From assembly GCA_965112735.1 (NCBI GenBank), contig OZ218964.1:558001-622000 (forward strand): DNA of 64,000 nt, in the 5' to 3' direction. The stretch's first letter is position 1; each line of letters starts with the position of its first letter. The notes under the pieces were generated by a model, which saw nothing but the letters and a program-made list of their open reading frames with translations, did not search any database and had not been told where the DNA came from. The translations under genes and the position numbers were made by a program. Positions 52,314 to 64,000 of the stretch are shown in pieces. Source of the DNA: Phaeosaccion multiseriatum (Eukaryota; Protista; Ochrophyta, other classes).

Positions 52314-55196
52314 TCGGCCCTGCTGCCGCCCTCCTGTGGGAGGAGGATCCCGTCCCCTCGGAGCCGACAAACAGGTGCCTGCGCACTGATGCCCCCGCGC
52401 GGCCCAGAGGAGCCGCAGAGGCGTATGGGCCGGGGTGCGGAACGATGTAGTAGTCGTCGTCGCTGCCCCCGAGCCCGCCTCCAGGGGGCTCCCCGCCAGC
52501 AGCCGCTGGGTGGGCGTGCGCAGGCGCGCCGATGCTGAGCGCAGGGGGTGCCCCGGGTAGATACTGCTGATGCTGCTGATGCTGCTGATGCTGCTGCTGC
52601 TGTTGCTGACCACGGCCGCCCAGCAGATTCATCCTGTTGCTGACGGGGGGGCTCGAGGTGAGCGGGAGGAAGGGGGGCTGCCGAGGGGTCGTGGGCGGGA
52701 TGAGGCGCCGTCCCACCCCCCCACCACCGCCGCCGCGATGCGCCACGCTGGAGCTTCCTTGCTGCTGCAGGTACGGCGACGCGGGGGGCTGAAGCCAAGT
52801 CCGGCTCTGCTGGAGCTGCTGCTGCTGCAAGTGCTGCCTCTCCCTACGCTGCTGCTGCTGCTGCTGCTGCTGCTCGTGGTGAGGGCGGTGTTGAGGGGGC
52901 GTCATGGGCTCCAACAAACGCGGCTCAGAGGTGACGAAGATGGTCGCTCCCTGCGAGGCAGCAATGCACCCCGCCGCCGCTTCCCTTGGCTGCTGTTGCT
53001 GGTGCTGCCCCTGACCCGGCCGCCCCCTTCCGTCGTCTCTCCCGCCCCTGCCCGCCGCCCCGCCCAAGGAAGCCGACGTCGCAGCGAGGGGATCGCTCTC
53101 ACACGCCGCCTCATACGCCTCCCTCTGCCGCGCCTTGGGCTCCACAGACGTGAAGGTAACACAGCTATGGTTCGGGGAGTCGCCGCTGACCGCCGAAGAG
53201 GGGTGGTGGTGCGGGGAGGGGCTGTGCCTGGAGAGGGGTGTGACAACATCACTCACAGCGCGGGCATGGCGACCCTCTGCGTGTGTGCGCTGCGCCACTT
53301 GCTGCTGTTGCTGCCAATGCAGCTGTTGCTGCTGCTGCTGTAGGGCTTGCTGCTGCTGCTGCTGTATCACCAACTGCTGTTGCTGCTCACGGAGGGCTTG
53401 CTCTTGCTGGACCTGTCTATCCGCCGTGGGCAGAAGTGTCGCCACAGTCTGCGTCAGAGCCGCCTCTCCTGTGGGGGCTGCTGGAGGTGCAAGAGGCACA
53501 AGGGGGTCCGAGAAGGGCGAGGAGGGAGGAGCACACCCTTCTGTTGTAGCTTGTGCGTCTTGAGCTCCACGGACAGCTTCGGATCCTACGGCCCCTTCGG
53601 TCGCCGTGTCTGTGGCTGCTGCTGCGGCCGCTGCCGCGTTGAAGTCCTCCACCTCCCTGACGCCCTGCCTGATGAAGTCGCAGCCGAAGAACGTTTCAAA
53701 GGCGGCCCGGTTCAGGGGGTCGCGCTGAAGCAGCATCTTGAGCGTTTGGATGCAGGGGGGGGTCAGCTCCACGCCCTACGGGACAACGGGACACCGGGAC
53801 AGCACAGCGCGAGGAGGAGGAGGAGAGAAGACAGGGAGAGCGAGTGCGTGAGGAAGAGAGAACAGCGGGACACAAAACGGTCCGAGGTGTCAGGACAACC
53901 AACGTTGTTGCGCTACCCACCTTGGGCACCGACAGCTGCTTCTGGCGGATGTTGCGAAGCAGGTCCATGCGATTGGCCCCACCGAAGGGCGGCCTGCCCA
54001 CCACCATCTCGTAGAGGATGGTGCCCACACTCCACAGGTCGGCCTTGGCGTCGTAGGTGCGCTCTTGCAGTATCTCAGGGGCCATATACAGGGGGCTTCC
54101 ACACATCGTCTCCGCCAGGTTCTCCTCCCCCAGGTGACTGGCGGGGCGGCAGAGGTGAGGCGAGGGGGCGGGACAGGCGGCGTCAGGGACGGAGAAGGGA
54201 GGAAGAAGGGCGGCGCTCCCTCCCCCAACGAGCCAACAACATTCACCCACAACCCACCGCACGCACACACACTGCGATGGACTGCCAGTTTGGACTGCCA
54301 GTTTGGACTCACCGCGCGAATCCAAAGTCAGCAATCTTGAGTACCGCGCTCTCGAAATCAAGCGACGTCAGTAGGAGGTTCTGTGGCTTCAGGTCCCTGC
54401 AGGAGAGAGAGCGAGAGAGAGAGAAGGGCCAGGCACCACCACCACACCGTCAGAATAGGAGGCAAAGCACCAGAATAGAACAGAGGGCGCTCCTCCGGCC
54501 GCCCCCCTGCGCCTGCTGTGCTGCTGCCCATCAGCTCGCCTCGCCTCTGGCCACTTGCCTGTGGATGAGGTGCTTGGCCGTCAGGTAGGCCAGGCCCAGT
54601 GAGAGGTGGCCCATGAAGCGCCGCGCCTGCCCCTCCGTGAGGCGCTTGCCGGGCTGCATCTTGATGAAGTGCTGCAGGTCGCCGCCCACGCAGCACTCCA
54701 TGATGAGGTAGTAATGGCGCACGGTTTGCTGGGGGGAGGGGGGGCGGGGGGGGGGGGGGGCATACGTGAGCTCAGGTCTGCAAAGGTCCCCCTCCTACCC
54801 CTCCTACCCGCCCACCTTCATGTCGAACAGCTCCACCATGTTGGGGTGCTGGAACTCCCTGAGGATGGCGATCTCTAGCTCGAGGCTCTTGATCAGCTTG
54901 TCGTTGTTGAGGCGGCCCTTGTCGATGATCTTCATGGCCACCTCCATGCCGGTCGTCTTGTTGCGCGCTCTAACCACCTGCGAGGCGGCGACAGGAGGGG
55001 AGATTCTCTGAGTGGGAGCTCGAGGGGCGGGCAGACAAGCAGCAGGACAGAACTATACACTCTGTGCTCCCTCCGGCCCGAGTGCCTGACAAAAAACACT
55101 ACATGGACATGGAAATCTCCCCTCCAGACGTACCGTGGCGTACGAGCCCACGCCCAAGTTCCCGATCTTGACATACTCGTCCTTCCACGCAGCCAT
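50476..55196 (-). CDS. ATG1: Autophagy Ser/Thr kinase ATG1/ULK, 6 exons
   Basis: Kinase motifs [34 protein letters not shown] and [16 protein letters not shown]...[11 protein letters not shown]. Acidic AIM/LIR-like DDDYYIV (~52441-52461). C-terminal MIT-like [12 protein letters not shown]... Confidence 0.88.
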
Positions 55197-55823
55197 GGTG
55201 CGATCAAGCACCGCCTCCGGCCACGGGTCACGTGGGAGCAGCCCAAGAACGGTCGGCGACCGCGCTCATGAACACCTCCCCGCAGCAGGCAGAAACACTC
55301 GTCTGCCGCCCCCCCCCCCTCTCCTGCTGCTCCGGGTTGGGCGGAGAGAAGAATCCACCTTTGAGGGGTGTGTCTGCCTTCCTTGAGCTCTCCAAAGCCT
55401 TCCTCCAGACCGAAACGATGAAATGCTCTGCTCGCTCGAGCGCTCGCCCTCCCGCCCTCCCTGCCTCCCGGGTCCTACACTCCCTGAGGCAGGAGTGATT
55501 GGATATGGATCCTCCCTCCTCCTCCCTCGCTCTTGCCCCCCAGTACGGTCCGCCTTTGAAGAAACCAAAAGGCCCTCTGAAGCGTGCACGTGTTGGCCCA
55601 AAAACAAAACTTCCTCCTTCCTCCTTTCAAATCCACCGGGTCTGAGCCTCTACCGACCAGCAGCAGCCAAGTCTCAGGGCAGCGGCAGCGCAATGGGAGC
55701 GCAAAAGGGAGCACAGGCCACAGCTTGACGGGGAGGAAAGCAAGGGAAGGAAGGTTGAAAAAGTCAGGCACAACCCCCTCGGGACACATTTAATTTTCTT
55801 GTCCATCCCCCCTTCTTCCTCAG

Positions 55824-56013
55824 CTTGCTATAGCACTGCCACCCACGAAAGAAAGACACGAAGAGCGGACTCGCCCTCTCTGTGGAGGAGCTCTCGGCGA
55901 GCTTCGTGGGGAGCAAGACCTCGGTAAGAACGAAGGGGAGGAGAGCGGGGAGGAACACGTTCTCCCCTCCCCTCCCGATGAGCTTCGACGCCTAACAGAG
56001 GAGTCTGTAGGCG
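55824..56013. ncRNA. Candidate structured RNA element (three consecutive hairpins), unidentified
   Basis: Nested pairs CTTGCT/AGCAAG, CCCACGAA/TTCGTGGG and CTCGCC/GGCGAG; a second stem CGAAG-GGGAGG...GAAC/GTTC...CCTCCC-CTTCG; a third stem CGCCTA-CAGA/TCTG-TAGGCG. Confidence 0.3.
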
Positions 56014-56604
56014 GACCCCTGGTGTATGTGTGTGGTTCGTGGTTATGAGCGGGGGATGAGTGCTCTGAAGTTGTGGGGGGGGGAGGAGGGGGCTCGAGGG
56101 AGGTAGGGAGGCAACCGGAAGGCGCGGAGCATGGGGGGGTTTGATTTGAGTTGCAGGAGGCAAGGCGGGGGGAAGGTCATGTTGCCCTTTGCTTGTCCAG
56201 CTTGCAGCTTGCTGGGTGTCCGGCCCGAGGACGGGTTGCGGTGCTGCAGGCGTTGCCGCTGCTTCGGGCGAGGGATGAAAGGGGGGGTGCGGGAAAGTCC
56301 GGCCCGCAACTCTGCGACTGCTACCGTCAAAGCCCACACAACAAGTCTGGCCTCACGCACTGCCCTGTTGGTGCGAAGAAATGGCGTAGAATGCAGCAAA
56401 CTCACGTATGCTTTCCCCCCCGCTCCCCTCCCTTGCTCCCTTGCTTTCACAGTTGACTGGAAAGGCGATCCAAAGTGTTCCGCTCAGTTGGGGCGAGGCT
56501 TAGTCTTTACCGAGCAGACCCGCTCCATAGAGAGAAAGAGAGAGAGAGAGAGAGAGACAGAGAGGAAGAGAGAGCTAGGAGCGCGCTCTGGCTTTGTAGG
56601 AAGC

Positions 56605-57311
56605 ATGGCATCAGAGAAGGCGCCCACTGTGACAAAGATGGAAGAGGACACGGATAAAGAGGAGGAGGAGGACGAGGAGGAGGAGGAGGAGTACGTCTAC
56701 TCTGACAATGATGAAGATGTTGGGCGTGGGGGGGGCGAGGAGGAGGAAGACGAGGACGAAGTCGAGTACGGGTACTCTTCGGGGGAGGGCGAGGACGACG
56801 ACGGAGACGGCGGGGACCCGATGGACGACAGCGCCGGAGGGAGGGCGGGCAAGTCAATGCGCAAAGGCAGCGTGGGGAGCCATGGGGCCAGTTCCGGCAC
56901 CATGTACACCCCGGGGGGCAGCCGGGACGAGGACGTGCGCGTGATCAACGAGGATGAGCTGAAGGAGCTGCTGCATGAGGTGGTGAGGGACATCAGCAGC
57001 GTGCTGGACATTCCAGAGGGGGCTGCCACCGCCCTGCTCAGGCACTTCTCGTGGAACAAGGAGAAGCTCTTCGACCAGGTCAGTCAGTCAGTCAGTCAGT
57101 GCATGGGTGAGGCTTGCCGCGTGGCTTGGGCGCACCGGAGTGGACGAACCGCGTGAACGGAGCGGCCAAACAGACCCCTCCTTCAGGAAGGCTCCTCACA
57201 CACGCCTCTCCTCTCCTTTTGTTTCTCTCGTTGCTTCCCGCAGTTTTACGCAGACCCCGTGTCGGTCATGGACAAAGTGGGTATCCAGAGGGAGAAAGTT
57301 GCCGGAGGGGC

Positions 57312-57343
<32 letters not shown>

Positions 57344-59054
57344 CGGGAGGGGGCGCCGGCCAGGGCAAGGGCAGCTTTCAGTGCCGCATCTGCACGGACG
57401 AAACGGAGGCCTGCAACGCTTTCGCTTTGGGCTGCGGCCACAGCTTCTGCAAGAAGTGCTGGACCGCGTACCTAACGGCTAAGATCGGAGACGGCCCCAC
57501 GTGCGTGTACTGCACCTGCCCGGAGCACAAGTGCTCGTACATCGTGAGCGAGGCCATCTTCCAGCAGTTCACCTCCAAGGAGAGCTTCAGGCGGTAAGTG
57601 AGGGAGGGAAACTCATTGCGTCGTGTCTGTTGTTCTCTCGCTCCTTACCGTGTCCCCTCCCCTGCTCTCGCTGCCTGTTGCCTTGCTGCGCCCCCCACCC
57701 CCACCCCCACTACAGGTACGAGCAGTTCTCGCTGCAGTCCTTCGTAGACATCAACAAGCGGCTGCGCTTCTGCCCTGGCAAGGACTGTCCCAAAATCGTC
57801 AAGGCTCCGCTCTCGTGCTTGTGCGTCAAGTGCGGCTGCGGCTCCGTCTTTTGCTTCCGCTGCGGGGACGAGGCCCACCAACCGTGCAGCTGCGATGAGC
57901 TCAGGCGATGGAAGGAGAAGTGCCAGAACGAGAGTGAAACCGCCAACTGGATCCTTGCCAACACAAAGGTGGGTGGGAGGGAGGGAGAAGCTAGTCAGGA
58001 ACTCGTTTGTTTTGCAGGTGCTTGTGCTGCTGCTGCTCCCCATTGCCCCCTCCTTATCCTGCTCCCCTGCTCCCCTGCTCCCCTGCTCCCCCCCGCACCC
58101 CCCCCCCCCCCCCAGTGCTGCCCCAAGTGCAATACGCGCATCGAGAAAAACCAGGGCTGCAACCACATGATTTGCCAGCAGTGCAAGCACGAGTTCTGCT
58201 GGATCTGCATGGGCAATTGGGAGGAGCACGGGGCCAATACGGGCGGCTACTACCGCTGCAACAAGTACGACGCCAAGACTCTGCCCCCCGGGGAGACAGA
58301 TGCCGCCAAGGCAAAGGAGGAGCTGCACCGCTACCTTCACTACTACAAGCACCACGCCGCGCACCTGCAGAGCCAGGCATACGCGGAGAAGCAGCAGGGG
58401 GCCACCGAGAAGCGCATGGTGGAGCTGCAGGAGAGCAGCGAGGGCAGCGCCTGGATCGACGTACAGTTCCTCAAGTCTGCCACGGAGCAGCTCATCGAGT
58501 GCCGCCGAGTGCTCAAGTACACATACGTGTTCGGCTTCTACCTGGATGACGGCACCCCGCAGAAGGAGCTGTTCGAGCACCACCAGGAGAACCTCGAGAA
58601 GTTCACGGAGCACCTCTCGGAGCTCAGCGAGATGCCGCTGGAGAAGATGGACCGCACAGAGGTCATCAACTACACGCGCGTCACGGGCAACTTCCTCAAG
58701 AGCCTGCTGGAGAGCATCAAGGACGGACTTGACGACGGCGGGAGGGGCGTTCTTCCTCCTGCCCCGCCCGGCGACGATGAGAAGATAGAGGGGGCGGCCA
58801 AGGGCGGCGCGGCGGCTGCGGCTGCGGCTGCGGCGGATAGCAAGAAGCCCGCTGCAGCCGCCGGTTCTGCAGCGGGGGGGGCGGAGGCAGCAGGGGCGAG
58901 TGAGGCGGCGTCGTCGTCTGCTTCTTCTTCTTCTTCTTCTTCTGCTGCTGCCTCTTCAGCTTCTGCGGCTGCATCTGCGTTGGGGGCAGGTGCGAGGCAC
59001 GCGCGGAGAGTGCTGCGGAGCTCCTCGGCCAAGGCCCGCTCCACCGGGACGTGA
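56605..59054 (+). CDS. ARIH1: Ariadne-family RBR E3 ubiquitin ligase, 4 exons
   Basis: Acidic N-terminus, UBA-like [17 protein letters not shown]1 CRIC...[10 protein letters not shown]...CPEHKC, IBR CPGKDC...[19 protein letters not shown]2 [19 protein letters not shown]...FCWIC and the Ariadne domain [15 protein letters not shown]. Confidence 0.93.
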
Positions 59055-59400
59055 GGCCACGAGCAAGAGGGGCAGGCAGGGCCGGGCGGGGGTGGGGGGG
59101 TAGCGGGGCACGGAAGGACGTTGAAGTAGCGGCCCCTCCTCGCACGCCTTGCTTCTCGCAGGCGGCGGGGAAGGGATTTTGAAGGGAAGAGGCGGTGTTG
59201 ATTTGGGGGGGGGAGGGGAAGGAGGGGGGGGGGGAGGGGGCCGAGGGAGTGTGGCCCTCCTCCCAGTTTTCAAGGAGGGCGTGTTGTATAAAGGGGTGGG
59301 GTTGAGGTGAGGGGAGTAAGGGGCGGCTGGGGGGTAGGAGCGCACGCAGGCAGGTTGGTTAATAGTAACATTGAGTGCAGCGCACCAACTACTCTCTCAT

Positions 59401-62320
<2,920 letters not shown>

Positions 62321-62670
62321 TGCCTCGACTCCCCCCTAGATCCACCCTTTCGCAGTGCTTTGTAGGGGGGATAGGGGGGAGATGAGGGAAAGGGATAGAG
62401 AAGCAGGCAAAGATCAAGAGAGATCGGAGAAGCGAGGATACAGAAGGGAGGAAGAGAAGAGAGGGAGAGAGAGGAGGAAGGGAGGAGAGAGACGGGGAGA
62501 GAGAGAGCGAGGTGGATTACACGACCGCCGCCTCGCGTCCGTCGCTCGCTCTCGCCGCCTCGCTCGCGGGAAAACTTTATTGCGGGAAGGCAAGCGGTTA
62601 AGTCCTTACAGCTGGCGCTGGATCACAACTGCTGTACCAAATTGCGTACACGTACAACGATAAATACGAA

Positions 62671-64000
62671 ATGTCCTTCTTTGGGTTGGCCCGAGGTGCT
62701 CGAACTCCAGCTGGGAGCCCCTTTCGGGGCGTGTCCTCGAGTCCGAATGCTATCGACTTGAGAGGCAGATGGGTAGGCGGGAGGCGGCGCATGGTCAGCA
62801 GCAGTAGAAAGAGGAGGCTGCCCGCCAGTGACGCCGCCACTCAAACCACCAATAGCAGCAGAAGCAGGAGCAGCAGCGGCATGTGGAGAGGGTTTCGAAG
62901 GCACCGTACTCTTTTGGGCTCCTCGGCCGCCCTTGCGTTGACGGGAGCAGCCATCGTCTGGCTGAGAGAGACGCACATATTGCCAAAGGAGTTTTATGAC
63001 AGGAACGACATGGGGGTTGACTGGGACGAGGTTTACCACTTGGGCAAGTTGTCGAACATGACAAGCAGCCCTAGGGAGGAGGTTGAAGGTTGGCTCTATC
63101 TTCACGGGTACCGCGGAAAAGTCACTCAAAGAGAGCTGCAGCTGCACAAGGTTAAGTACTTCATCTTTAAAGGCAGCGATCGTGAAGGTATGAAACTGTG
63201 GAAGTCAGCGCACACCCCAGCCCAGCCTCCCCCATGGCCTCAATCCCCCGTGCTCCCCTCGTTGCCTCACCCCCAACACCCCAGGCAAGCCGCTACAGCT
63301 CCTCCTAGTGCGGGGCACGGTGAACTTCTCCAACCTCAAGTCCTGCACAAAGGCCCTCAAGGCGTGGGATGAGCAGACGGGGTGCAATCTGCACGCGGGC
63401 TTCAAAGGCGTTGCCGATGCGCTTGTCGCCGATGCGCTGCCCCTGCTGGACCGAGAGCTCCCTTTGAAGCTGGCGGGCCACAGCAGTGGCGGCGGCGTGT
63501 GCATTATCGTGGGAATGAAGCTCGCCACACTGGACTACAAGGTGGCCAGGGTAATGACCTTCGGCTCCCCCAAAGTGACAGATCAGATGGGTGCCAAGCG
63601 ATGGGGGGGGGCTCACGACAGCAGGGACGGGGTCAGCAGCACAGAAGCGGGAGAAGAGCTGGACAGCTGCGGGGGGGCAGCCGGAGACAGAGGCGACGCG
63701 TCTAATGCTTCCGCGGGTTTGCAGCTGCCCGTCATCCGAGTGACGCACGAAAATGACGTCATCCCGCTGTTGCCAAGCGCTGCTTCCACCACTTCCAAGG
63801 CCCCTGCAGTGGAGGGCACCTCCGGCCCTACGATAGAGCCCTCCCTCCCGAGGCCGAGAGGGGGGCGCTTCAGCCACTTCGGCCATCAAGTGGTGCTCCT
63901 CAATGGCAAGGTACAGTGAGACAATCGGCCCATCGAGCTCGGCTCCTCCAGCAGGCTGCTGCTGCTGCTGCTGCTGTCAGCTCGTCTCTGCTCTGAATGG
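62671..64000 (+). CDS. Class-3 (fungal-type) lipase, 3' end beyond window
   Basis: LLVRGT, LHAGF, nucleophile elbow LAGHSSGG, MTFGSPKV, RVTHENDVIPLLP and FSHFG. N-terminal Arg-rich extension and a TM-like segment. Confidence 0.88.

Noticed and set aside
50506-54588. Long plus-strand ORFs antisense to ATG1, and similar shadows opposite OGDH and Ariadne
   Set aside because: These are shadow ORFs caused by high GC3 and poly-CAG tracts, with no recognisable motifs.
55760-56025. TPP riboswitch (minus strand CACCAGGGGT...GCTGAG...CCTGA)
   Set aside because: The 3' conserved AAUGC...CG.AGGGA half is missing and the spacing does not fit.
56290-56505. RNase P/MRP RNA (GGAAAGTCC motif)
   Set aside because: No complementary P4 partner or CR-V motif was found downstream. 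GCGGGAAA could just be a promoter motif.

Overview
Eukaryotic, GC-rich, gene-dense genomic DNA with short spliceosomal introns full of microsatellites. The gene families present (tandem HA domains, YapH-like G/S/T repeats, Ectocarpus-type beta-propeller repeats) suggest a photosynthetic stramenopile (ochrophyte), but this is inference. I could assemble about 17 intron-containing genes, in order: C1+FYVE protein (cut at the left edge), 5x helicase-associated (HA) domain protein, small membrane protein, EF-hand-fused SLC25A42-like CoA carrier, 2-oxoglutarate dehydrogenase E1, RPS26, MED10, PPR-SMR protein, DUF1769-PH-DUF547 protein, SEC61 alpha, membrane beta-propeller, His/Cys zinc-finger protein, RPEL protein, ATG1, Ariadne RBR ligase, ketopantoate-reductase-like pseudoenzyme and a class-3 lipase (cut at the right edge). 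Most genes sit in head-to-head pairs. The most notable observations: (1) a 207-bp MITE with perfect 20-bp TIRs, a 6-bp flanking duplication and internal hairpin/CGATA repeats, with two relics, all three just upstream of genes that lack a divergent partner; (2) a probable non-canonical GA-AG intron in SEC61A, plus three GC-AG introns; (3) an EF-hand CoA carrier sharing a 298-bp divergent promoter with OGDH E1; (4) a 1-kb intronic heptamer satellite made of tandem CAG|GT splice-junction motifs; (5) a membrane-anchored, apparently catalytically dead PanE homologue; (6) a multi-hairpin ncRNA candidate between ATG1 and Ariadne. Exon boundaries were read by eye and need RNA-seq confirmation.
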